The position numbers and the translations under genes were made by a program. Under the pieces are notes generated by a model. That model had not been told where the DNA came from. It saw only the letters and a program-made list of their open reading frames with translations, and ran no database searches. A DNA stretch of 43,863 nt from Nemertoderma westbladi (Eukaryota; Animalia; Xenacoelomorpha). Of the stretch, positions 11,209-20,986 are shown one piece after another (positions within the stretch are counted from its first letter, which is position 1; each line of letters opens with the position of its first letter). Location: positions 1-43,863 of the forward strand of contig JAUCBJ010006931.1 in assembly GCA_032718475.1 (NCBI GenBank), written 5' to 3'.

Positions 11209-11838
11209 ATGATGGATATAGTAGATATGCGGTTTCGTTTTGGAAGTACAATATTAATAGCCGGTCCTAGTGGTAGTGGAAAAACTTCTTTCTTGGAGAA
11301 AATGTTATTAAATAGGAAATTGATCTTTAACGAAACCCCAAACAGTATTACTTGGTTTTATGGACAGACGAAACCAATAATTAAAGGGGTTAATATTACC
11401 GCTTTAAATGAAATTCCAGAACACTTTAATGAAAATGTGAAAAACCATTCTATCATTATAATCGACGATTTGATGACAGAACTACAAAATTCCAAACAAG
11501 CGACTACGCTATTTACTAAAGTAGCTCGACATACAAATTCATTGGTAATTTTTCTCACTCAAAACCTTTATCAAAAAGGAGGAGAATCTAGGACCCGTTC
11601 CATTAATTCCACATATTTCTTATTGTTCAAAAATCCGAGGGATCAGACACAGATAAGAACTTTAGCCTATCAGATGAAACCAAATACCCCCAAATTCTTA
11701 ATCGCGGCATTTCAAGACGCAACAAAGGTTCCCTTTAACCCACTTCTTATTGATTTTCATCAATTAACGGATGATAGTCTTCGTATACGTGGGTATTTAT
11801 TTACAAATGAACATTGTGTTTATCAACCCGTGTCGTAA
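11209..11838 (+). CDS. A32/FtsK-like genome packaging ATPase
   Basis: Walker A GPSGSGKT, Walker B IIIIDD, ARH, LTQN, FKNPRD. Confidence 0.95.
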   Translation: MMDIVDMRFRFGSTILIAGPSGSGKTSFLEKMLLNRKLIFNETPNSITWFYGQTKPIIKGVNITALNEIPEHFNENVKNHSIIIIDDLMTELQNSKQATTLFTKVARHTNSLVIFLTQNLYQKGGESRTRSINSTYFLLFKNPRDQTQIRTLAYQMKPNTPKFLIAAFQDATKVPFNPLLIDFHQLTDDSLRIRGYLFTNEHCVYQPVS

Positions 11839-11851
11839 TATACGTAGAAGA

Positions 11852-11989
11852 ATGCTTCTATTAGCAATTGTCTGTTATTTAGTTATATTATACTTATTTG
11901 TGGTTTATCATCGACAAAGGTTTCTTAAATTTCTTAATATTATAGAACAAGTATGGAACTTAATATACGAAAGTATAGGAAAGAACTAG
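11852..11989 (+). CDS. Putative 45-aa single-pass membrane protein
   Basis: MLLLAIVCYLVILYLFVVY followed by HRQR. Fills the gap between the ATPase and the next gene. Confidence 0.45.
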   Translation: MLLLAIVCYLVILYLFVVYHRQRFLKFLNIIEQVWNLIYESIGKN

Positions 11990-12294
11990 AATTTTTGAAA
12001 AATAGCAACGCATTAGCGCGAGGAGCATTTATTCGAAAAAAAGCTAGTAGCGAATTAATACGACTTCTCGTTAATATTACACTGAATACACTCTATGGGA
12101 ATATAAATATTGATGGAAAGATTGTTAAAAAATTGAAGCCATATAAGAAATATATGAGGCGATTGAAATCGAAAAATTCAGTTTCACTTCAAAGACGTTC
12201 TCTCTCTCAGGCTGGGGGGTTCCTTCCACTTATTTTGCCACTGTTGATAGGCGCCACAAACATTGCCACAACTGTTGCCACAGCGTTAACATAA
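11953..12294 (+). CDS. Basic virion core protein with adenovirus pX-like C-terminus
   Basis: K/R-rich. Ends QAGG|FLPLILPLLIGA, an adenain-type cleavage site followed by a hydrophobic tail. Confidence 0.8.
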   Translation: MELNIRKYRKELEFLKNSNALARGAFIRKKASSELIRLLVNITLNTLYGNINIDGKIVKKLKPYKKYMRRLKSKNSVSLQRRSLSQAGGFLPLILPLLIGATNIATTVATALT

Positions 12295-12296
12295 CC

Positions 12297-12479
12297 ATGT
12301 CATTCAAGAAACTATATTTAATAACCCCCGAACAACATGCTAGGTTGCAGCCATCACATTTGAAAACTAAACCTTTAATTAAAGAAACAAAGAAAAAAGA
12401 TCAAAATAAACGGACAATAAACGATAGAAGAAAAGTGTTGAAACTGTTTGATTATACACGTCGCAAATCGCGAAAATAA
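12297..12479 (+). CDS. Small basic hypothetical protein (60 aa)
   Basis: Starts 2 nt after the previous stop. MSFKKLYLITPEQ start, K/R-rich. Its stop overlaps the next ATG. Confidence 0.55.
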   Translation: MSFKKLYLITPEQHARLQPSHLKTKPLIKETKKKDQNKRTINDRRKVLKLFDYTRRKSRK

Positions 12480-12766
12480 TGTCTTGGTTAAAAAAACTTT
12501 CAGTAACTTGCAATTTTCGTTGTCTGTGCAATTCTAGCAGTGTTACCTATGGCTATGATCAACAAGATGGTAGAAAAACGCTTAGCCAAAGCTTACTACA
12601 ATCCTTCAAGTGTTGCAGGGTTTTCCACTATAGGAAAGCTAGCAAAAGAGACGGGAGTCAATCCAAAACTCGTGAAAAGATGGCTTCAAAGTCAGCAAAC
12701 CTACACATTGCATACCCCAGCGAGGCGTCTGTTTCCCACAAGCCGAATGTATTTTTATGGAATTAG
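12479..12766 (+). CDS. Candidate Cys-rich ORF overprinted on the integrase 5' end
   Basis: TAATG stop/start overlap, CxxxCxC motif; in a different frame from the integrase. Confidence 0.35.
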   Translation: MSWLKKLSVTCNFRCLCNSSSVTYGYDQQDGRKTLSQSLLQSFKCCRVFHYRKASKRDGSQSKTREKMASKSANLHIAYPSEASVSHKPNVFLWN

Positions 12767-13620
12767 TGACACCATTCAGGCAGATTTAATAGATATGCAA
12801 AAATATCGCGCAACAAACTCAGGTTATGGATATATTCTAACCGCAATCAACTGTTTTAGTAAGAAGGGATGGGCATTACCATTGAAACGGAAGACTGGTA
12901 TTGAAATTAAACATGCACTACAGTCTATTTTTACTGAAGAAGTACCACGTAATTTATGTACAGATCAAGGGTTGGAATTCGACAATAAAGTTGTACTCAA
13001 TTACTTGAAAATGAAAAAAGTTAAATATTATACAACACGATCGCAGTTCAAAGCAGCCATTTGCGAAAGGTATAATAGAACGATAAAGACAAAGATGTAT
13101 AAAATTTTTAGTAGAAGAGGTAACCATAAGTGGCTTGCTATTCTACCAAAAATTGTATACTCTTATAATAATTCTATACATAGATCTATTGGAATGCCCC
13201 CAATTCAAGTCAATAAGTCGAATGAAGATAACGTGAGAAGAAACCTCTATGGAAATTTAGCTAAAATCATTGTAACAAAACCCAAATTGAGAATAGGTGA
13301 CAATGTGCGACTTAATATAGCTAAAACGGCGTTTGAAAAAGGTTATACAAAAAATTGGACCGGTGAGGTGTTTACTGTAAAACGTATAAGACTAGATCGT
13401 TTTCCTCAGCCTATGTATCATATAATAGATTCAGTTGATAGAGAAATAGAAGGAACATTTTACCCTCACGAATTGCAAAAGGTTACACAAACAACTGATA
13501 TTCAGCCAATCGAGTCCATTTTGAAGTCTCGAATAAAAAACGGTCGGAAGGAATTCCTTGTAAAATTTAAAAAACTATAAACGGAACTCTTGTTTGAACG
13601 AGTCCCAACTACGTAAATAA
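12567..13620 (+). CDS. int: Retroviral-like (rve) DDE integrase with C-terminal chromodomain-like region; probable frameshift at the A6 run 13569-13574
   Basis: QADLIDM, TDQGLEF, ERYNRTIK, YNNSIHRSIGMPP, FEKGY..NWT.EVF, IESILK..EFLVKF. The ORF as written stops at 13580. Confidence 0.92.
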
Positions 13621-13630
13621 ATCAACAAAA

Positions 13631-14458
13631 ATGAATAACTATATAACTTTATTCTCAAATGGACCTACAAACAAATTTCCTGATAACACCCTTTCGAAAT
13701 TTACGGTTGATCTACCCTATACAATCAATCTCAGTGGTGATGTAGAAGTGGGACTATCTGAAATTCAATACTGTTCCTCATTCTATAATATACGTCAACA
13801 ATCTCTGTTTACAATTTATTATGGAGATAGGACATCGCAAGTTGTTATATTTGAACCAGGACTATATACGAGTGTAGAAGCCATTATTAATAAAATCAAT
13901 CAACAAATTGATCACCCGAAGTGGCCCCAAATTCAATATTTCAAATACTCAAATAAAATCGAGCTCGCTACTTCGCAACACTTTTCTTTTGAAATTACTG
14001 GAGATTTGATTACAATACTCGGTTTTGAGGAGTTTACGCAGGATTATGATCCGAGGGATGTACCTTATCTAGCTAATTGGTATGATTATTGGAGTGTAAA
14101 TGTTAGTGAATTTGGTTCTTTAACATTCAAACAGCAACCGGGACAGCGTGCTCAATTTAGGGGGATTTGTCCCTTTTCTTGCGATTTAGTCTTAGGGCGA
14201 CATAATTTGTTTATCTATAGTGACATTACTTCTCATGTGACTGTAGGAAATACGACGGCACCGTTATTACGCACGGTACCTCTCGAACTTGAGCATAATA
14301 AAGTTATAACACGCGAATTTAAAAAAATTTATTACAGACCGGTTGCTAGAACAGTTGTTAATCAGATAAATATTGAATTACGCAACGAAAAAGGAGAACT
14401 AATATTATTTAAAGGAGGTGCAACAATAATTACCCTACACTTAAAAAGTAAGTCATAA
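13631..14458 (+). CDS. Minor capsid protein (penton, single jelly-roll), copy 1
   Basis: SN..FPDNTLSKFTVDLP..L.G.VEVGLSEI and FIYSDI..VG..APLLR..Y.PV..I.I.L.N..G..I.F.GG..ITLH. Confidence 0.85.
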   Translation: MNNYITLFSNGPTNKFPDNTLSKFTVDLPYTINLSGDVEVGLSEIQYCSSFYNIRQQSLFTIYYGDRTSQVVIFEPGLYTSVEAIINKINQQIDHPKWPQIQYFKYSNKIELATSQHFSFEITGDLITILGFEEFTQDYDPRDVPYLANWYDYWSVNVSEFGSLTFKQQPGQRAQFRGICPFSCDLVLGRHNLFIYSDITSHVTVGNTTAPLLRTVPLELEHNKVITREFKKIYYRPVARTVVNQINIELRNEKGELILFKGGATIITLHLKSKS

Positions 14459-15252
14459 TGGAGAAAATATTATATTTACCCTCGAATTCTTCACCTAAAC
14501 GATTTCCATTAAATCAACCTTCTAACTTTAATGTGGAACTATCTGAACCATTGCGTTTTAGTGGAAAGTGGATGGTGGGTTTGTCAGAATTTGTTTACCT
14601 CTCCTCGGTTCATAATTTAGAAGATACATTCATTTATATTCGGAGTTTACAAGGAACTAAAAGAAAATATATAATACCATCTGGTTGCTATACTAATGTG
14701 GAGGCGTTGCTTACACAGCTAAATATAGATGGTCTCAATTCCCATTTAGAAATAAGACAAAATGAGCTTTATGACAACATTAGTATTCAGTTTATCGACG
14801 AAAGTAAAGTTGTTCGTTTTTATGGAAATAAGTTGATTGAGTTACTTGGATTGCGGGGATTAGAAAATGAGTATTATGTTAATAAAAATAAATTTCTTGT
14901 TAGCCTAAAAAATGATTATCTACAAATAACGCGAAGGGGGGAAATAGAGGGTGATTCTGATATATTACATATTCAAAAAGCAGCAAATGTTTTTATGGGA
15001 AACATTAGTATATTTTCAAATATTTGCGGAAATGAGATTGTTGGAAATCAACTGAAACCCCTCTTAAGATCTATTCCTTATCAAGGAGATTATGGTAAGC
15101 TTGTTCATCATGAATTCACAAATATTAATTATAAATCCATTGATATGCAAAATATAGAAACAATAAATATACAGTTAAAAAATGATCGAGATGAATTCAT
15201 AAAGTTTAATAATGGTACTGTAATTGCGACATTAATTTTGAAACACCAATAA
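14458..15252 (+). CDS. Minor capsid protein (penton), copy 2
   Basis: Same N- and C-terminal motifs (PSNSS..FP.N..SNF.V.L..W.VGLSE; IFSNI..VG..PLLR..F..I.Y). TAATG-coupled to copy 1. Confidence 0.82.
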   Translation: MEKILYLPSNSSPKRFPLNQPSNFNVELSEPLRFSGKWMVGLSEFVYLSSVHNLEDTFIYIRSLQGTKRKYIIPSGCYTNVEALLTQLNIDGLNSHLEIRQNELYDNISIQFIDESKVVRFYGNKLIELLGLRGLENEYYVNKNKFLVSLKNDYLQITRRGEIEGDSDILHIQKAANVFMGNISIFSNICGNEIVGNQLKPLLRSIPYQGDYGKLVHHEFTNINYKSIDMQNIETINIQLKNDRDEFIKFNNGTVIATLILKHQ

Positions 15253-15385
15253 ACGATAAATAAGGAAATATATTTAGGAAGCAATGAGTTATAAAGATTA
15301 TTATCAAAGGAGTTTGTAGAAAACATTACAGAGAACACTTTATAAGGTTATTCGCGGCGGTGTTAAAAATAAACAGACTGGGACG

Positions 15386-15892
15386 ATGAAGGGTCTCAGC
15401 TCAGAAATGGTTACACCTCCTTCCATAATGAGGCAACGATTACAATTATTAGAATGGAAACGAAAGGCGGGGGGAGGACTACCTTATTTTGAGGGGGGAT
15501 ATAGACATCGACACATGAACAGTCGCACAGTTTTTGTGAGACACGGTCAACGAGGTAAAGGTATCCTTGGAAATATTATTCGGATTGCAACTAAAGTAGT
15601 GCCCAAAGTTATTAAGCCCGTCGCGCGAGCAGCAATTCGCAAAAGTGCTCCTTTTGTAAAAAAGACAGGGAGAAAAATTGTCAAACGAGTAATTCGTCGG
15701 GGAATTCCACAACTTAAAAAGATTGGAAAGAAATTAGCAGAACAGGCTCTCGCCAGCTCAAAACCTTCCACTAAACGAGTAGCTCATAAAATTATTGAAG
15801 AAGTTTTAAATGCTGCTGATGGGAGGTCAATAAACGAAACTCGCAAAAAACGCAAATCAAAAAAGCATCACTGTCCAGATATTTTTGGTTAA
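15386..15892 (+). CDS. Basic core/membrane-active protein (Polinton PW-like; pVI/pVII analogue)
   Basis: AGGG|LPYFEG and QRGKG|ILGNIIRIATKVVPK amphipathic helix. An in-frame upstream ATG at 15284 (MSYKDYYQ) is cut off by TAG at 15317. Confidence 0.75.
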   Translation: MKGLSSEMVTPPSIMRQRLQLLEWKRKAGGGLPYFEGGYRHRHMNSRTVFVRHGQRGKGILGNIIRIATKVVPKVIKPVARAAIRKSAPFVKKTGRKIVKRVIRRGIPQLKKIGKKLAEQALASSKPSTKRVAHKIIEEVLNAADGRSINETRKKRKSKKHHCPDIFG

Positions 15893-15918
15893 ACTAAATA
15901 ATAACACTGGAAGAAACC

Positions 15919-17157
15919 ATGGAAGAACTAAATTTATTTAATCACAGTGATGTTCAGAGTGTAATTGAAGAAAGTTTTGAGCAGGAAATATACCCTGTGA
16001 CTACATTGGGAGAGGGCACATCAGTTATAGATTTCATGATTGAAAAGTCAGAAGATTACTATACGATAGGAAGTGAAACAACACTACAATTAGTATATCG
16101 TATTGTAACAACAATACGACCTGACAATGGCGCAGTTTATCAAACACCACTAAGCCTCTCTACTCTATTTTCAAAAATTAGTGTTTTGATTAATGAGCGG
16201 GAGGTAGAGTCTAATACTGCCAACTATCCCTATAAAGCTTTCCTAAAAGCGGTCTTACTTAATGATCAGAGTACAAAAGAAACGATTTTAGCCGCCGAAG
16301 GGTTTGCAGAACAAGAAGCGTTTGGTGTTCCTGTAGACTTTGCTGCAGCTGCTCATTTGGAAAGTAGACCATATTATGTTCAGGGGTCTCTATTTGTTGA
16401 CCTTTTTGAACAGGTTAAATTTATCCCACCCAAAACTAGTATAAGAATTAGATTAACAAGAGCTACAAATGCATTTAACTTAGTATGTATTGCAGCCGTA
16501 CAAGAGCCTCGAATCAATATATCTAATGCTTTGCTGAAAATTAAACGAGTAAAATTGGATCCATATATACGTCAACAACATATAGAACAATTAAAAATAG
16601 GAGATTATATTTATCCAATTATGCAGAATGAGGTGACAACCTTTACTATAGCAAATGGTCAACAATCTCATGTGAGGGAAAATTTGTTTACAAGCAAGAA
16701 TGTACCTCGCTTTGTTAATATTGTCATGGTTCGAAATGATTCTTACAATGGAAACTTAAGATCTAATTCACTATTGTTTGATCACTTTAATGTGAATTAC
16801 TTACAACTTACGTTGGATGGTAAGGTAATTGGAGGTGTGACATATAAACCAAATTTTGCTAATGGACAATATATTAATGAGTATTGCGCCAGTCAAAAAA
16901 ACCTTCTATCTATAACCAGAGGTACAAACAACGGCATTACTCCCACTAGATTTCGTGATTTATATCCAATATTTTCTTGGAATTTATCCCCCACGGGATT
17001 TATTGATGAAGACGAACGAAACCCACATCAAATAGGCAATGCTAGATTAGAGATTGCTTTCTCAGCTCCTTTACAAAATACAATTAACGTAATTATGTGG
17101 GTGGGATATGATAGAACTGTGAATATCAGCAATGTTGGATCAGTAACTATTTTCTAG
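15919..17157 (+). CDS. Double jelly-roll major capsid protein
   Basis: EELNLF..Q..I....EIYP..IDF.I, LFSKISVLIN, YPYKAFLK, DLFEQ.K.IP, P..V.I.MV.N..YNG, G..RLEI.F..PL; 412 aa. Confidence 0.92.
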   Translation: MEELNLFNHSDVQSVIEESFEQEIYPVTTLGEGTSVIDFMIEKSEDYYTIGSETTLQLVYRIVTTIRPDNGAVYQTPLSLSTLFSKISVLINEREVESNTANYPYKAFLKAVLLNDQSTKETILAAEGFAEQEAFGVPVDFAAAAHLESRPYYVQGSLFVDLFEQVKFIPPKTSIRIRLTRATNAFNLVCIAAVQEPRINISNALLKIKRVKLDPYIRQQHIEQLKIGDYIYPIMQNEVTTFTIANGQQSHVRENLFTSKNVPRFVNIVMVRNDSYNGNLRSNSLLFDHFNVNYLQLTLDGKVIGGVTYKPNFANGQYINEYCASQKNLLSITRGTNNGITPTRFRDLYPIFSWNLSPTGFIDEDERNPHQIGNARLEIAFSAPLQNTINVIMWVGYDRTVNISNVGSVTIF

Positions 17158-17167
17158 AAAGAAAAAC

Positions 17168-17596
17168 ATGTTGAACTCATATGATTTGAATAATTTCCCA
17201 ATAGGAGAACATTATCGTGGTTCTTTCGCCATTGATCAATTACCAGCGAAGGATGGCTCTAAAATGAGCTTCATTTCAAATACTCAAGCCGCTCATTTAC
17301 CTGGTATGCACTGGGTCGCTGTTTTTATGAATGAAAATATAGGTGAATACTTTGATTCATTTGGAGTGTTCCCCCCGGCTCGTATAGAAGACTGGCTGTT
17401 GCGTAATACAATAAAATGGTCAAGGACACGAAAAGTGGTTCAACACCCTCTAAGGACGAGTTGTGGGGGATACTGTTTATATTACTTATCTGAACGATCA
17501 AAAACTGACACGCCTCTACGCAAGTTTGGAACAGACTTGAAACAAAATGAAAAGATACTTGCATGTTGGTTGCGGAACAAAGCCATAATGAATTGA
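17168..17596 (+). CDS. Adenain-like cysteine maturation protease
   Basis: NT...G.HWVA, EYFDSFG..P, Q.....SCGGYCLYYL (His/Asp/Gln/Cys catalytic set). Confidence 0.93.
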   Translation: MLNSYDLNNFPIGEHYRGSFAIDQLPAKDGSKMSFISNTQAAHLPGMHWVAVFMNENIGEYFDSFGVFPPARIEDWLLRNTIKWSRTRKVVQHPLRTSCGGYCLYYLSERSKTDTPLRKFGTDLKQNEKILACWLRNKAIMN

Positions 17597-17893
17597 TATT
17601 ATTAATTGTGTTACAATGTGTTATATCTTATGTGTTACAATGTGTCATATCTTAAATGTTACTCTGCTATATGTATATGTGTTATGTTATAAATATATAT
17701 TTCAATGTTGCTATATTAAAAATATGAAAATAGTCGACTATATTTCATTTTTCTTTTTTCATCTTTGGATAAATAATATAGGGGTTAAACAAAGAACATC
17801 AAAGCAGTTAAACAGTTACATTTAACATTTAGACAGTAAACAGTAACAGTAAACATTTACATGACCAGTTACAATAGACAAGTAACATAAAGT

Positions 17894-19607
17894 TTAGTTT
17901 ATATCCACAGCATCTAGCTTTATCTTTTTCTGTTCTAATGGAGGATAGTGAGCTAATTTTCGTTTTACAATTTCCATCGAATATCTTTTAGAGATGTTGG
18001 GGGAATCATTAGGGTGAAATAGATTGAGGTGGATCTGCTTGGGGAGGAAAACTGCGTCTTTTAGTGTGTGTTTGAGAAAGTTGATGCAACACTCAACAGC
18101 ATAGTTTGAAGGTAGGGTTAATTTGTTTGTTGTCTTCAGGCTGACAATAATTGTTTCTGATGGTGTATGTTGAATGTGTATAAGGGGGGTGAGATAGTAA
18201 TGGGAGGAAGTGGATTGTTGAATGGGATGAAAGTTGGAGAAATCACTCGCTTTTATATTTAAACCATCGGTAAACTGAAACGTGGTTGATTTCAAATCTT
18301 TTTTGATGACGGGCCATATGCCAACATAAGCTTCGCCTTTGAATGAATAAATGAAAGCCGCTACTGATTCGTATAAATTAAGACACTGGTGATTAGGTAG
18401 TTGTAGTTGCTTTGGTTCATAATCACTATTGTTGGCCAATGACTTTAGTTCAGAGAGTGCTTCTCGGGCGCGATCTGTATTGTCAATAGAGAACATGTAG
18501 TCATAGCGTCTGTCAGAAATTTCAAGGGTTTCGCAGTTGTAAGCGGTATAAATTTTTATTCGATCTGAAATTAATTCTTCGTGGTTGACTTCATCGTAGC
18601 ATTCGTATCCTTCGACCGCAGAATCGAACCATGAAATTTTAAGAAGTTCATTTCTCGTGAGTAAAAGTGCATCTCTTGTGGAAACAATAACTTTGTTTGA
18701 ATCAACCTCAACGCCGCTCGCGATTGCAATGTTTCTTTTATTATTAATATTTGTGATATAACCAAAAGTAGAACTATCGAAAGAAACATAGTTCTCTGGC
18801 TCTAAGACAATGTGCGAGATTGGATTGATGTAAGGACGACAAATGTTTATATAATGTTGTAGTAAAGCAGCCGCGGTGTCTGAAATGGTTAACCAACCCC
18901 CATCTACTGTATCTTCTAGTTGTATTAAATCAAATAGGTTTTAGTGGGGATGTTTTCGAATAACGAACAACTTTAAAATTAAAACCAAAATAATGTGCTT
19001 TGCTGTTGTTGTAGAAACAGGTTATTTCATTCAATTGTTCAATAAAAGTTAGTACATCATATCCAAACAGTTTGAAGAAACGAGATTCATCTTTGAGGGG
19101 ATGAATCGAGGCGTTCCAAATAATTAAAAGAATTGAGTTTGAAATATTATGAAAATCAAACAGACACTCATCAACAAAAAAGGAAGCTTTGAGTGTTGAC
19201 ATACCAAGGAGCTTGTTTGCAGATTCTTGTGTTACATTGCTGTGGATATATTCAACAACCGGTTGAGGTATTACAAATGTTTCTAACGAGGTTGTCAGAT
19301 TGAACGTTATATTCGATTCTGATTTGTGCAGTTTGAAACCATGGTTTGCGGAATGAAATTTGTCATTATTTAGAGTTTGATATTGACCATCCTTCAACTC
19401 AAAGCAGGATCGTAGAATGAAATGTGCATAATTTGCTGGAATGAGATGGGGTTGGTTAGATGAAGTGGTAACCGTCATTGGAAAGCGTTTGTTCGAAGGA
19501 TCAAAATATAAACCGAAAGAGTTGTCTGAGAGAGATATTTGATTTACGTTGGAAACAATTTTTACTTGAGGGAAGTTGAACTTTTGAAGGAGTTGAGCTT
19601 GAGCCAT
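17894..19607 (-). CDS. ~570-aa hypothetical protein split by one frameshift near 18941 (joins ORFs 18930-19607 and 17894-18496)
   Basis: The frame of 17894-18496 stays open without Met up to 18940, overlapping the end of the upstream ORF. Removing one A gives ...TSPLNLFDLIQ.... NLS-like C-terminus PPLEQKKIKL. Confidence 0.7.
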
Positions 19608-20679
19608 CTTGAAGAAAATATAATATTATGTATAACAATAAATGTATTATAACTTTAAATAAAAAGTAAAATTGTCAATAATATTTTTGTAAGTAAAGTT
19701 CGAAGCGAAGGGTGGGGGTTTATAAGGGAAAGGATAACCAATGAAAATAAAAGTGAAGCTTGTGGGAACCAATAGAAATAAAAAGAGAGAGAGAGAGATG
19801 CGCTATTGGATTGAGGGAATAATAAACACATTTCATTGGGTTAATTAAATGTAAAACATTAGTTAGGTTGGGAAATGGGATGAATTGAGAAGCGGGGGGG
19901 TGTGTTGGAGAAAAGTGTGTGTAATGAATGAATGGGTATGTTAATTAATGTTACGCTAGAGCATCTCTGAAATTACTTAAAAAAAAAAAAACTGCAGTAT
20001 CCACTGTAGTAAAGAGATGGTTGGGAATTAATTTGACACATGGCGTTTGGGTAGGGCTTTGTTGTTGAGCTAATATGCGCGTGGATTGCTTCATAAAGTA
20101 CAATATGAAAGAATGCAAACTATTGCAAGAGCAGATGTTTATTCTAATTTCTTGGATGACTTGATGTAATAGCGAGGCTGTGGGTTTGAATAATTTAAGC
20201 TCTGTAGCAGGCCCCATTCACGCAGGTCCCATTCACGCATTGATGTTTGGGTTAGTCATGCTACGGTTAATAAGAGCCCGAGCAGCCGTAGATTATTGAT
20301 GGATGACTCAGGGTCAAACTGGTCCACTTTATTTTTGGGTGAGGGTAATTTATGTTTTGGGCCTCGCTCGTGTCTTTATATTTAATTCTACCTTTACCTA
20401 CTGTATGGAATAAATAATACAAATGTATTGTATATTATATTGCACAGTGCCTATTGTGTTGTATATTTCATTTGTTATAGTACAATTTATTCATTTCGCG
20501 TCCCTATCTGATTGATTTGTATCAAATTAACATTATTTGATACAAATCGATTGATTAAACAATTAATTAATTGTTTAATCGACCAATTAATTAATTGATT
20601 AATTAATTAATGACCTACTTAACACCCAAGGTGTGAAGTTGGACTAAACTGTCGCCAAAGAGGGGTTCATCTTACTACT
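19606..20679 (-). repeat. Right terminal inverted repeat
   Basis: Reverse complement of 4520-5617. Confidence 0.95.
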
Positions 20680-20685
20680 CAGTGG

Positions 20686-20904
20686 GCACTGCTGGCGAAG
20701 TAAAGACGAGGTCATACCAGATCTACTTTTCTGGCAACCAACTCATGGAAAGCATAGTCGTGGACGACCGGCCATAACATATATAGATCAACTTGAAAGG
20801 GATACTGAACTTAGGAGAAACGAAATTGCGACAACTATGGAGAATCGGGAAGCCTGGAAGGATCTCATTTCCACTGTCCGAGTTCGCTCGACCTAGTAGT
20901 AGTA
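20686..20904 (+). pseudogene. 3' end of the interrupted RTE LINE with (TAG)n tail
   Basis: Removing the Polinton and one TSD restores RRLRFSGHCWRSKDE..LLFWQPTHG..RGRPAITYIDQL..DT..M.NRE.W..VRST*, followed by TAGTAGTAGTA. Confidence 0.9.
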
Positions 20905-20986
20905 CCCTTACATACACATACGTTATGTGAACGCACCTATATTCAATACCGCAAATGAAAGCTAATCGCTAGAATCGCATTTTAAG

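Larger units (their letters stand above)
4520..20679 (+). mobile_element. Full-length Polinton/Maverick (adintovirus-like endogenous dsDNA virus)
   Basis: 5'-AGTAGTAAGATG...CATCTTACTACT-3' termini, 6-bp TSD CAGTGG (4514-4519 and 20680-20685), long TIRs, and pPolB/ATPase/integrase/capsid/protease genes. Confidence 0.98.

Noticed and set aside
20894-20904. (TAG)n tract as an additional Polinton terminus
   Set aside because: It is the RTE tail following the ORF stop; the true terminus and TSD are at 20679-20685.
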